Assembly (NCBI GenBank): GCA_965262305.1
Contig: CBDHEY010000002.1
Coordinates: forward strand, 657,135 to 721,134
DNA: 64,000 bases
Source: Cellvibrionaceae bacterium
Lineage (GTDB): Bacteria; Pseudomonadota; Gammaproteobacteria; Pseudomonadales; Cellvibrionaceae
Direction of reading: 5' to 3'
In this document: piece after piece, positions 8,579 through 17,960 of the stretch
Position numbering within the stretch: the first letter of the stretch is position 1
Layout: every line of letters starts with the position of its first letter
Made by a program: the position numbers and the translations under genes
Notes under the pieces: generated by a model
Seen by the model: only the letters and a program-made list of their open reading frames with translations
What the model was told of the DNA's origin: nothing
Database searches by the model: none

Positions 8579-10870
8579 CTAACTGACAGCCTGTGTGAAG
8601 TGATTAACGATATTGTTCATAACTCTATCAAAAAATGGTGATGAGTCTAGAATCTTTGCCTTATTAAATTGCATGTCATAGGCAAATTGTCGCCGAGTTT
8701 TTTCAAGTGTCTTAAATCCTAGTCTCGATACAAAGATGTAGGACTCTGCATCAATTTTAGCACTGAGTTTACAACGATGTATCTTGCCTTGCTTTTCGTC
8801 TTGGTATTCAATCCATGTTCCCAAGGGAAGGTCTTTTGCCTTTTGATAGTATTTCGACGATAGTTCTTCGTAACGTGACTGTTGACGTTCCAAAGCGGTC
8901 ATTTCTTCCCAGGTTTTCTCGTCTGTTTTAGACTTCCCAAGAATTTCTTTTTGTTCTTCCGAAAGTACTTTTCTTTTAACTTTTCTGCTGTCATTCCCAT
9001 CAATTCTAATAGCTTCTTCAATATTTTTAATAATTGATGATCGTGAATCTAAATTATCTATTGCGCTTTCTAGGCCAACTTCTATTCTAGAAAGTATTTC
9101 GGGCTTTAATCTTTGGGCGCGAGCTTGCGAGCGCTCGTCTGAGTGATCCTGGCTGAGCCAAATCAAATCAGTTACTAGTTGTTCGTTTTCTATCCACTCA
9201 GAAGTATCTTTTCCAGATTTTATGTAGGTAATGACTAAGACTTGAAGCCAGGTATTAGTAAGAAATTCGCTAATTTTTGGATGCAATGCCGCATCTTTCA
9301 TTTTGTCGTAAAGCACTGATTGCGCGAAACTTTTCGCATGCTTTATTTTATACTTTCCTTCTTCTGTTTGAGTTGTTCTCTTTTCGACAACCGCTGATCG
9401 CTTAGATTCTTTATTAATTAGCTTTTCAAGTTCGTCTAAGGCTTGTGCAAAAACAATGACATCTAGCTTGTATTGCTTGTTAATGGTATTAACTGCTTCA
9501 ACCACTTTCTTGTACAAAGGGTCTTTCTCTATGGGCTTGGTTTCATCAAGTGAAAGACCCACCTGCGTGATAGCATTGATTAGCTTTCTGGCAGGATGTT
9601 CCGAATTTGTTAAAAATGAAGTATCGTTTATTGCTACTTTCAAAATAGGGATTTGCAGTCGGCACACAAGAGATTGAATTGCGATGGGCAGATTTTCATC
9701 TTCGAGTACCTTATCAAAAAATAGCGCAACTAAATTGATTGTATCTTCTTCTGGTTGCTCCAAAGATTGGGGCTTTGCAGGATTTTTAGTTGCAAGAAGC
9801 TCGGTAACAAGATCTGGTAAGATATTTTTAGGTGTATCAGCTTTTGCCAGGGCTTGATCGAACTCTGGTTGCCGGTTGGACAAGTTTTTTGCCAAGTCAG
9901 GCGCTTTCATAATCGGGCCAGGATTATTGGCATAGAAATAATAATTGTTCTGACCAGAATTATTAGGGTTATTCGGGATGGTATAAATGGATCCTTGGGT
10001 CGAGCTTCTAATTGCCGCCATTAGCGTTGCTAGGGTACTTTGACTGATAGAAATAGAAGGCTCTGGAGTTGCCAATATCGGAGGCTCATTTGATATGGGC
10101 TCACTCGGTTTTTCTTGTGTCTCCGTTCCAGTTGGAAGCTCTGCATTTTTAGTTTTATTGAGGTTTTTGGGTACCTTAGGGAGTATTCCAGTTTCAACCA
10201 GTATTTGGTTTATATCTGCATAAACATGCCCAAGCTGCTTTAATACGTGTTTTTCGAATAGTTTGAAGACGATCAACCGCGTTTTAATGTTAATTTTGAG
10301 CTTTTCATTACATGCTCCAACGAAAGCAGCAGCAATCTGAGCTGGATCGAGGGGGTTATTTTTTTCGGTAACGTTTATTTGCAATAAAAGGTGGTCAAGT
10401 CGAATCGATATCTCATAAAGTTCTGTCTTGAACGATTCTCTTGTACGATTTGCCATTCCCTTAAGTGCTAAATCGACTTCTAAGTCGTCGCCTTCAACAA
10501 TCGCCAAATTCGATTCGTCTCGATCATGCGTTTCCGTAAATGAGTCCAGCTCTGCCCCGGGAGTCATAAATCGTTCAAAATTAGCCAGTAAAGCCTGAGA
10601 AACGTGTTTTGCCAACCCACCACGTTTAATCCGAAGCTCTCTCATTGACTCGAAATACAGGTTTTCTTCGTTATTGCTTGATGCGCGTTTAGATAGCTCG
10701 TAAAAAAGGTCATCAATAGCTGAGAACATATGGTCTAGATACCTCTCACATGAAGTGATAGTAGTATCTTCTATTTGATTTAACACTCTTGGAGATGGCG
10801 CCGCCTTTTTTGGTGGGGGAGTGTTTTTCACTAGTTCCAGGTGTCCGTCATTGAGTTTGGATGGCGCCAT
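8579..10870 (-). CDS. Large conserved hypothetical protein, DUF1631-like (paralog of the partial ORF at 62129)
   Basis: 763-aa uninterrupted ORF. It shares a colinear block with the ORF at 62129: DENLP...L..P.LK.A..D..F...EHPARKL in this ORF versus DENLP...HTPFLKIAFVDPGFFEKSDHPARLL in the paralog. The assignment to the DUF1631 family is from memory. Confidence 0.6.
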   Translation of the reverse strand: MAPSKLNDGHLELVKNTPPPKKAAPSPRVLNQIEDTTITSCERYLDHMFSAIDDLFYELSKRASSNNEENLYFESMRELRIKRGGLAKHVSQALLANFERFMTPGAELDSFTETHDRDESNLAIVEGDDLEVDLALKGMANRTRESFKTELYEISIRLDHLLLQINVTEKNNPLDPAQIAAAFVGACNEKLKINIKTRLIVFKLFEKHVLKQLGHVYADINQILVETGILPKVPKNLNKTKNAELPTGTETQEKPSEPISNEPPILATPEPSISISQSTLATLMAAIRSSTQGSIYTIPNNPNNSGQNNYYFYANNPGPIMKAPDLAKNLSNRQPEFDQALAKADTPKNILPDLVTELLATKNPAKPQSLEQPEEDTINLVALFFDKVLEDENLPIAIQSLVCRLQIPILKVAINDTSFLTNSEHPARKLINAITQVGLSLDETKPIEKDPLYKKVVEAVNTINKQYKLDVIVFAQALDELEKLINKESKRSAVVEKRTTQTEEGKYKIKHAKSFAQSVLYDKMKDAALHPKISEFLTNTWLQVLVITYIKSGKDTSEWIENEQLVTDLIWLSQDHSDERSQARAQRLKPEILSRIEVGLESAIDNLDSRSSIIKNIEEAIRIDGNDSRKVKRKVLSEEQKEILGKSKTDEKTWEEMTALERQQSRYEELSSKYYQKAKDLPLGTWIEYQDEKQGKIHRCKLSAKIDAESYIFVSRLGFKTLEKTRRQFAYDMQFNKAKILDSSPFFDRVMNNIVNHFTQAVS

Positions 10871-11294
10871 GCTGTATCTCTTGATGTTTCTCTAATTGTA
10901 GCCATTAAATAGGGCAATAGATGAATTAGATGCAATAAGCATTCCTGATGCTTGATTTTTGCGCAATTAAAACAATTTTAGAGGATTCCTATACCTCACA
11001 GAATTGTTAGCTATTGATTTTACTCGATTTTTGTCAACATAAACTAAGACATAATGAGAAAATGGTTACAAATTCGTTATAAACCCAGGGGTGGTGTTTT
11101 CTTTGTGTAAGAAATGTCGACATTTCGAGTGTTTGACTTGGCATTAAATGTTACTTCGTGGTTTTTATGTGAATGCGAAATTTATTTTATTCATCAAAAA
11201 TGAGCATTTGATACATTAGCGCGCTAGTTAATAAAAATGTCATTAATTCTTTCGAGCTCGAGTCTCTCCCGGTTGCGTCTTACGACACGCTCCC

Positions 11295-11300
11295 TATAAT
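11295..11300 (+). promoter_or_regulatory. Candidate sigma-70 promoter for trpGDC (TTGCGT-N16-TATAAT)
   Basis: TATAAT at 11295-11300 with TTGCGT 16 bp upstream, 60 bp before the trpG ATG. Confidence 0.4.
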
Positions 11301-11325
11301 GCTACCTTAATAAAAATGATGTACG

Positions 11326-11346
11326 CGTCTCGGATAGACGTTTTTT
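11326..11346 (+). terminator. Terminator/attenuator-like hairpin in the trpG leader (CGTCT-cggat-AGACG followed by TTTTTT)
   Basis: A 5-6 bp GC-containing stem immediately followed by a T6 run. It lies 16 bp upstream of the trpG start and downstream of the candidate -10. Confidence 0.4.
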
Positions 11347-11361
11347 GCTCAGAGGTTCTTC

Positions 11362-11940
11362 ATGCTTTTAATGATCGATAACTACGATTCATTTACCTAT
11401 AACGTCGTCCAATATTTAGCCGAGTTAAAAGCAGAGGTGAAAGTGATACGTAACGATGAATGCTCGATTGATGAAATCGAAGCCATGTCGCCTGAGCGTA
11501 TTGTTGTTTCACCAGGACCATGTACACCTAATGAAGCAGGTATCTCCGTTCAAGCAATAGAGAGGTTTGCTGGTAAGATTCCAGTTCTTGGAATTTGTTT
11601 GGGGCATCAAAGTATTGGCCAAGCATTTGGTGGAAATATCGTCCGAGCTGAACGTGTCATGCATGGAAAAACGTCTCCTATCCTGCACAAAGGTGTAGGC
11701 GTGTTTTCTGAATTGCCAAAGCGGTTTACAGCAACACGTTATCATTCATTGGTAATAGAAAAAGATACACTTCCAGAGTGCTTAGAACTTACAGCTTGGA
11801 CAGAAGATGATACGGGTGAAATCGCTGAAATAATGGGCGTGAGGCATAAGTTTTTTCCTATTGAAGGTGTGCAATTCCATCCAGAATCTATTTTGAGTGA
11901 GCATGGTCATCAATTGCTTCAAAATTTTTTACATCTGTAA
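11362..11940 (+). CDS. trpG: Anthranilate synthase component II (glutamine amidotransferase)
   Basis: [26 protein letters not shown] contains the catalytic Cys. HPES contains the catalytic His. Confidence 0.95.
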   Translation: MLLMIDNYDSFTYNVVQYLAELKAEVKVIRNDECSIDEIEAMSPERIVVSPGPCTPNEAGISVQAIERFAGKIPVLGICLGHQSIGQAFGGNIVRAERVMHGKTSPILHKGVGVFSELPKRFTATRYHSLVIEKDTLPECLELTAWTEDDTGEIAEIMGVRHKFFPIEGVQFHPESILSEHGHQLLQNFLHL

Positions 11941-11961
11941 ATTTCACTAAGAGCAAAAATT

Positions 11962-12981
11962 ATGGATATCAAGTCTGCTATCGCTAGTCTAGTTGAAGGG
12001 AAAGACCTTTCTAAATCTGAAATGTACGCCGTTATGAAGTCGATTATGACCGGAGAGACGACTGCGGCGCAAATAGGCGCATTTTTAGTAGCACTTAGAA
12101 TCAAAGGCGAATCAATTGACGAAATAGTGGGTGCTGTGGAAGTAATGAGGGAGTTGGCAACGCCTGTTTCGATTCAATCTGAATACTTGGTCGATACCTG
12201 TGGAACAGGTGGTGATGGTGCAAACCTATTTAACGTATCCACTGCTGCTGCATTTGTAGTTGCCGCAGCTGGAGCCCAGGTCGCTAAACATGGAAATCGC
12301 TCTGTTTCTAGCTCAACGGGAAGCGCCGACCTATTAGAGAAGGCTGGTGTAAATCTAAATATTCCTGCGGATCAGGTTGCGCGCGCGGTGCAAGAGATTG
12401 GAGTTGGTTTTATGTTTGCTCCTGCTCATCATGGCGCAATGAAGTACGCAATTGGACCTCGAAAAGAACTGGGTATGCGCACCATATTTAATATGTTGGG
12501 ACCAATGACTAACCCTGCTAGTGTAAAGCGTCAGGTTATCGGCGTATTTTCACGAGATGTAGCCAAGCCAATGGCTGAGGTTTTAAGGCAGCTTGGTAGT
12601 GAGCATGTACTGGTGGTGCACTCTGAAGATGGTCTTGATGAGTTTTCAGTCTCGGCTAGAACGTTTGTCGTTGAACTAAAAGCAGGTGTAATTTCCGAAT
12701 ATGCCGTGTCACCGTCTGGCTATAACTATGACAATCTTGACGGTCTTTCAGTTAATAGCTCAGAAGAATCTCTTGCATTAATTCAAAAAGCTTTTTCTGA
12801 TGATGAGTCAGATGAAGTCGTGAAAGCACGGGACATGATTACACTAAATGCCGGTGCGGCAATTTATGTTTCCGGTTTAGCACTAGATTTAGCTTCTGGC
12901 GTTGAAATGGCAGAAGATGCGTTATCCACTGGACTTGCTAAGGAAAAGCTAAAAGAATTAATTGAATTTACCAATTGCTAA
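11962..12981 (+). CDS. trpD: Anthranilate phosphoribosyltransferase
   Basis: [15 protein letters not shown] and 339-aa length. Immediately follows trpG. Confidence 0.95.
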   Translation: MDIKSAIASLVEGKDLSKSEMYAVMKSIMTGETTAAQIGAFLVALRIKGESIDEIVGAVEVMRELATPVSIQSEYLVDTCGTGGDGANLFNVSTAAAFVVAAAGAQVAKHGNRSVSSSTGSADLLEKAGVNLNIPADQVARAVQEIGVGFMFAPAHHGAMKYAIGPRKELGMRTIFNMLGPMTNPASVKRQVIGVFSRDVAKPMAEVLRQLGSEHVLVVHSEDGLDEFSVSARTFVVELKAGVISEYAVSPSGYNYDNLDGLSVNSSEESLALIQKAFSDDESDEVVKARDMITLNAGAAIYVSGLALDLASGVEMAEDALSTGLAKEKLKELIEFTNC

Positions 12982-13787
12982 GCGGATTTGTCGTGTCAGA
13001 TACTCCTACAGTACTAAAAAAAATAATTGCGAGAAAACATGAAGAGGTGACCGAGCGCGCTTCGAAGATAAGTGAAAATGAACTTTTACAGAAAGAGTTT
13101 GTGCCATGCAGAGGATTTGTTAAGGCGATCGAAGCTAAAATTAATTTGGGTAGTCCTGCAGTCATTGCCGAAATTAAAAAAGCGTCACCAAGCAAAGGCA
13201 TCATCCGAGAAGACTTTAAACCGAGTGAAATTGCTAAGAGCTATGAGCTTGGTGGCGCGGCTTGCTTGTCTATTTTGACAGATATTGATTTTTTTATGGG
13301 AGCTGATCAGTATCTTAAAGATGCGAGGGCAAGCGTCGAGCTTCCTGTCATTCGAAAAGACTTTATTTTAGATTCGTATCAAATCACTGAGTCTCGCTTT
13401 ATTGGAGCGGATTGCATTCTTCTGATTGTTGCTGCTTTGGATAAGCACCAATTATTTGATTTAAACCAACAGGCTATTGAGTTAGGTTTAGATGTGTTGG
13501 TTGAAGTTCATGACGCAGAAGAATTGGAGTTAGCCTTGGAATTACCAAACAGACTCATAGGAATTAATAATCGCAACCTTCATACTTTCGATGTGAGTTT
13601 AGATACGACCTATCAGCTTCTTCCTAATATTCCTTCTGATAAAATTGTAGTGACCGAAAGCGGAATTTTAGAGTCTTCGCATGTTAAACAGATGCGTGAA
13701 AATAGTGTAAATGCTTTTCTAGTTGGAGAATCTTTTATGCGAGCAGATGATCCTGGTGAAAAACTTAGGTCGCTCTTTCTGTCTTAA
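12975..13787 (+). CDS. trpC: Indole-3-glycerol phosphate synthase
   Basis: [23 protein letters not shown] and VLVEVHD. The ORF track starts at TTG 12975, which overlaps the trpD stop. The in-frame GTG at 12993 ([11 protein letters not shown]) is the more likely true start. Confidence 0.9.
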   Translation: MLSGFVVSDTPTVLKKIIARKHEEVTERASKISENELLQKEFVPCRGFVKAIEAKINLGSPAVIAEIKKASPSKGIIREDFKPSEIAKSYELGGAACLSILTDIDFFMGADQYLKDARASVELPVIRKDFILDSYQITESRFIGADCILLIVAALDKHQLFDLNQQAIELGLDVLVEVHDAEELELALELPNRLIGINNRNLHTFDVSLDTTYQLLPNIPSDKIVVTESGILESSHVKQMRENSVNAFLVGESFMRADDPGEKLRSLFLS

Positions 13788-13817
13788 ATTTAAATGATTA
13801 GAATAACGATAAGAGTC

Positions 13818-13842
13818 TGCTCAGCCATCGGTTAACTGAGCA
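13818..13842. terminator. Hairpin between convergent trpC and crp (TGCTCAG-N11-CTGAGCA)
   Basis: Perfect 7-bp inverted repeat with an 11-nt loop, located between two convergent 3' ends. The flanks are only moderately T-rich. Confidence 0.35.
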
Positions 13843-13860
13843 AATATGAACGATGTGTAA

Positions 13861-14496
13861 TTAGCGTGTACCAAATACAACCATTGTTTTTCCTTTGACG
13901 GAAACTAAGCCTTGATCCTCCAAAGTTTTTAGAACACGCCCAACCATCTCTCTAGAACAACCTACAATCCGACCAATTTCTTGGCGAGTTATTTTAATTT
14001 GCATACCATCTGGATGAGTCATGGCGTCCGGTTCTTTGCATAGATCAAGAAGGGTTCTGGCGACACGTCCTGTCACATCTAAAAATGCTAAGTCGCCAAC
14101 TTTACGTGTAGTATTGCGCAGACGTCGTGCCATCTGTTCCCCGATAGCGAATAAAAACTCTGGATGGGACTCTGCTAATTCTTGAAATTTTGAGTACGAA
14201 ATTTCCGCGATTTCACATTCTGATTTTGCTCTAACCCAGGCACTACGATTATCTTGTTCGTCAAAAAGGCCCATCTCTCCAAAAAAGTCACCATCATTTA
14301 AATAGGCGACGATCATTTCTCGACCTTCTTCGTCTTCTATTAATACAGTAACTGATCCCTTAATGATGTAGTAAAGTGAATCACTTTTATCACCTGCGTA
14401 GATAAGCGTGCTTTTTGCAGGGTATCTGCGTCTATGGCAATGACTTAAAAATTCATCAACATTATTTATGTGTGGCGTAAGGGATATAGCAACCAA
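13861..14496 (-). CDS. crp: cAMP receptor protein (CRP/Vfr family global regulator)
   Basis: Near-identity to the E. coli CRP C-terminal HTH ([42 protein letters not shown]). The cNMP-binding domain has YIIKGSV...[12 protein letters not shown]. Confidence 0.95.
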   Translation of the reverse strand: MVAISLTPHINNVDEFLSHCHRRRYPAKSTLIYAGDKSDSLYYIIKGSVTVLIEDEEGREMIVAYLNDGDFFGEMGLFDEQDNRSAWVRAKSECEIAEISYSKFQELAESHPEFLFAIGEQMARRLRNTTRKVGDLAFLDVTGRVARTLLDLCKEPDAMTHPDGMQIKITRQEIGRIVGCSREMVGRVLKTLEDQGLVSVKGKTMVVFGTR

Positions 14497-14790
14497 AATT
14501 TTTTCCTCTGTTCCTCTCTTTTACCGCTTAACAACTTAGTCAGTTTGCTCAAGTAAATGGTTTTATTGTTTTAGTTTTTTCAAAACCTACTTAGCAAAGT
14601 TTAGACCTAAACGGCTGCTTCAAAAAATATTATTTTGAGTATAACGCTTGGTCATACAAAATCCGACTTTTTTTCATCATTAAGGAGCAATTTGGTGACT
14701 ATTCGTCGTTTTCGTAACGGATTTTTGACTTTTAGGTGTTTAGCCTAATCTGTGCTAATCTTCGCCAATTTTTTGTAATTGGAGGGTTTT

Positions 14791-15213
14791 ATGAAAGCAA
14801 CAGTAAAATGGGTTGATGATGCGATGTTTCTTGGTGAGTCTGGCAGCGGACACTCTGTTGTAATGGATGGGCCTCCTGATTTAGGTGGAAGAAATCTCGG
14901 TGTAAGACCAATGGAAATGTTGTTGCTTGGTCTTGGTGGGTGTGCATCTTTTGATGTTATGAGTATTTTACAGAAATCTCGTCAGAAGGTGTTAGATTGT
15001 AAAGCCGAACTCATAGCCGAAAGGGCTGATGGGGTTCCAGCGGTTTTTACAAAAATTGAAATCAAGTTCATTGTTACTGGAACTTCTTTAAAAGAATCTC
15101 AAGTAAAGCGGGCTGTAGAATTATCTGCCGAGAAATATTGTTCAGCGTCGATAATGCTAGAGGCTGCTGGTGTCTCAATTTTACACAGCTATGAGGTTGT
15201 CGAAGCAGAATAG
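14791..15213 (+). CDS. OsmC/Ohr-family protein (YhfA-like), divergent from crp
   Basis: OsmC-like fold with GGC.SFD motifs. A GGAGGG RBS precedes the ATG at 14791; the ORF-track start at 14779 lacks an RBS. It is divergent from crp, as yhfA is in E. coli. Confidence 0.75.
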   Translation: MKATVKWVDDAMFLGESGSGHSVVMDGPPDLGGRNLGVRPMEMLLLGLGGCASFDVMSILQKSRQKVLDCKAELIAERADGVPAVFTKIEIKFIVTGTSLKESQVKRAVELSAEKYCSASIMLEAAGVSILHSYEVVEAE

Positions 15214-15273
15214 TGAGGAGCTATTCAGTTTGTGTCAATGGTCATAAAAATTACAACCGGATGTCTTCTTTAT

Positions 15274-15918
15274 TTAAACGTAATAACTTGTTTTTGTCAT
15301 AGCCTTTGAAATCAAACTCATCACGTTTTTGACTGGCTTTGGGAAGTTTGTACCTCCTGCATCTAATGCTGCATGACCATGAGCTTCCTCATCTTCAAGC
15401 ATCTGTTTCAATATTTCTCTGGTTTTTAGGTCGTTCTTTGGTAATTCTTTTAAGTGTGATTTTAAGTGCTCGCTGACTTGCTCCTCAGTCGCTGCGACAA
15501 AGCCTAGGCTAATCTTATCGCTGACTAGACCAGCAGTTGCTCCCAGTCCAAAAGATAAAGAATACCAAAGAGGATTAAAAACACTTGTAGGTTCGTTTAA
15601 TTCTTTTAGTCTCGATTCGCACCAAGCGAGATGATCAATCTCTTCATCAGCCGCTTGCTCCATCTCATATCTTACAGTTTCTAGTTTTGCCGTTATTGAT
15701 TGGCCTTGATACAAAGCTTGCGCACAAACTTCTCCAGCGTGATTTACACGCATTAACCCCGCTACATGTTTTTTTTCCTTCTCAGATAATTCTTGTTCGT
15801 GGTCAACTTTCGAGGCAGGTGAACTGTTTGAAGCCACTTGGGTATTTCGAGTTAACGTTCTTAATGCGCGATCAGATTGAATAATGATCTGATCAATGAA
15901 TGTAATATTTCGTTTCAT
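15274..15918 (-). CDS. coq7: Ubiquinone biosynthesis hydroxylase, COQ7/Cat5 family (di-iron carboxylate)
   Basis: RVNHAGEVCAQALYQGQ and EE..H..W E-x-x-H di-iron motifs. 214-aa length. Confidence 0.85.
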   Translation of the reverse strand: MKRNITFIDQIIIQSDRALRTLTRNTQVASNSSPASKVDHEQELSEKEKKHVAGLMRVNHAGEVCAQALYQGQSITAKLETVRYEMEQAADEEIDHLAWCESRLKELNEPTSVFNPLWYSLSFGLGATAGLVSDKISLGFVAATEEQVSEHLKSHLKELPKNDLKTREILKQMLEDEEAHGHAALDAGGTNFPKPVKNVMSLISKAMTKTSYYV

Positions 15919-16003
15919 GTTTTTCCAAAATTACGCTAATCTAAAGCGTTTCTCGATGTCTTGTATGTTAATTTTTGTGCCAAAAAAGGAAACTTTATAC
16001 TCG

Positions 16004-17491
16004 ATGAATAATAATGATTTACAGCTGATTCTCAACACAAATGTTTCTTTGGTTGTTATCGAAACTTACGATGAACCTCGTGCACTCGATTTGCTTAAAG
16101 GCGCGTTTCAGATCAATAACATTCCAGCATGGCGCTGGACCGTCACCGAGGGATTAGAGACATTGGGTTTTGGTGTAAAACTCATGGAGCATGAAAAGCG
16201 CACAGATCCAGATGAATTATTAATGCATATAAAATCGAGCCGACAAGCTTCTGCATTTGTACTTTGCGATTTTCACCCTTATCTCGAAGAACATAAAACG
16301 ATTAGGCATTTAAAAGACATTGCTCTCGAGAGTAACCGTACAGGGCACAAAATTGTCCTTATAAGCCATGAACTAAAACTTCCTCCAGAGTTGAGTCGCT
16401 ATGCGTCTTCGGTAAGACTTTCTCTGCCGGACGAAAGCGAAATACTTTCAATTGTTCGAAGTCAAGCGAGGTCTTGGGCAGAAGCAAACAAAAAATCTCG
16501 TATTAAAACAGATAATGTGACACTAAATAAATTGGTAAACAATCTTTCGGGTTTGACTCACCAAGATGTTGAGCGATTGGCTCATTCTGCAATAGCGGAT
16601 GACGGAGCAATTACGGAATCTGATTTGCCAGAGATTACACGTGCTAAATTCGAATTAATGGATATGGAAGGCGTCTTGCACTATGAGTACAGTTTGGCTC
16701 ACCTAAAAGATGTTGGAGGCCTAAACGGTTTAAAAGGTTGGCTAGCCGAGCGAAAAGATGCGGTACTAGAACCCGTATGTATCGACGAGCCTTTTCTAGA
16801 TGCTCCGAAGGGAGTGCTTTTATTTGGCGTGCAAGGTGGAGGTAAAAGCCTTGCGGCCAAAGCAATCGCTGGAATATGGGGCTTACCTTTATTACGTTTA
16901 GACATGGCGAGTCTATTTAATAAGTTTATTGGCGAAACGGAAAAGAACCTTAGAAAATCTTTAGAACTTGCAGATCTTATGGCGCCTTGTGTACTGTGGA
17001 TGGATGAAATTGAGAAAGGGCTCGCCAACGATAGCTCAGATAATGCAACAGGAAAACGTCTTCTGGGTACGTTGTTGACATGGATAGCAGAAAGAAAGAG
17101 TCGCGTTTTTATGGTGGCCACAAGCAACGACATTAGCATTTTGCCGCCGGAATTAATGCGCAAGGGAAGATTCGACGAAGTATTTTTTGTTGATCTTCCT
17201 GATAATGAAACGAGAGAAATAATTTTTCGTATTCATATGGAAAAACGAAAAATAAACCCCGAATCTTTTGACCTCACTGTTCTTGCTCAACAAACAGAAG
17301 GCTTTACCGGTGCGGAAATTGAACAAGCTATTGTGAGTGGTATCTATTCAGCTCGGGCACAAAAAGAAAATGTTAATCAAGTGCATGTCTCTCGTGCAAT
17401 CCTAAATACGCAACCTTTATCTGTCGTAATGTCGGAGAAAATTGAACGCTTGCGCTCATGGGCGATAAAGCGAGCCGTCGCTGCAAACTAA
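16004..17491 (+). CDS. Classic-clade AAA+ ATPase with an uncharacterised ~250-aa N-terminal domain
   Basis: Walker A GVQGGGKSL, Walker B VLWMDEIEK, sensor-1 ATSND and Arg finger RKGRFD. The ATG at 16004 (MNNNDLQ...) is the likely true start; the ORF track's 15896 start adds 36 spurious codons overlapping the coq7 start. Confidence 0.8.
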   Translation: MNNNDLQLILNTNVSLVVIETYDEPRALDLLKGAFQINNIPAWRWTVTEGLETLGFGVKLMEHEKRTDPDELLMHIKSSRQASAFVLCDFHPYLEEHKTIRHLKDIALESNRTGHKIVLISHELKLPPELSRYASSVRLSLPDESEILSIVRSQARSWAEANKKSRIKTDNVTLNKLVNNLSGLTHQDVERLAHSAIADDGAITESDLPEITRAKFELMDMEGVLHYEYSLAHLKDVGGLNGLKGWLAERKDAVLEPVCIDEPFLDAPKGVLLFGVQGGGKSLAAKAIAGIWGLPLLRLDMASLFNKFIGETEKNLRKSLELADLMAPCVLWMDEIEKGLANDSSDNATGKRLLGTLLTWIAERKSRVFMVATSNDISILPPELMRKGRFDEVFFVDLPDNETREIIFRIHMEKRKINPESFDLTVLAQQTEGFTGAEIEQAIVSGIYSARAQKENVNQVHVSRAILNTQPLSVVMSEKIERLRSWAIKRAVAAN

Positions 17492-17960
17492 GTCTAATCG
17501 ATCGCTTGGATATGTAAGTAATTATATAGAGTGCGAGTCACAACAAATATCTTCTTGATGAGGTGGGCTGTATCTTGTTCACCACTGGTACGATTTACAA
17601 TTTGGTCTTTAATCTCCTCGAAATGTGCCGAAATGTCAGTTTTGTAAGTAGTTTGAGGTGATCTATTCAAGTCTTTGTATCAATTCTTTGTCCACAAGGT
17701 CGCATACAGGAATGGCAGTCAGTCTTTAGCTAATATAAGCAAAATAAAGTTTCTATTTTCTTGTTTTGGCGTGTTTTTGTAACAATTTCGTAGCATTTCC
17801 TAAAGTAGACTGAAAACTCTGGGCTAGAGTACTTTATTTTTTAGACCGTTTTTTCTTTGTCGATCGCTTAAGAGTTAATCTGCTGTGGTATCGATAACTT
17901 CTAGTTCCTCTTTCTTTTTTTATAGTTTTATTTTGTCCATTTCTTTGAGGTATTTAATAC

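Noticed and set aside
10667-10870. Possible PilZ-like or other known domain in DUF1631 protein termini
   Set aside because: The C-terminal KIHRCKLSAKIDAESYIFVSRLG segment superficially resembles a PilZ RxxxR/DxSxxG arrangement, but the spacing and residues do not match.
10871-11361. Classic Trp-codon-rich leader peptide for the trpGDC attenuator
   Set aside because: The two candidate small ORFs (18 and 29 codons) each contain a single Trp codon and are not positioned to couple with the hairpin at 11326-11346. I report the hairpin itself as a finding, but I do not call a leader peptide.
14497-14790. CRP autoregulatory binding site in the crp / OsmC-like divergent intergenic region
   Set aside because: Only a weak partial match to TGTGA-N6-TCACA is present (TGTGCtaatcttCGCCA). 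That is not sufficient to call.
15896-16003. N-terminal 36-codon extension of the AAA ATPase ORF as given in the ORF track
   Set aside because: The extension (MNVIFRFMFFQNYANLKRFSMSCMLIFVPKKETLYS) overlaps the coq7 start on the other strand and has no RBS. The internal ATG at 16004 (MNNNDLQL) is the far more plausible start.
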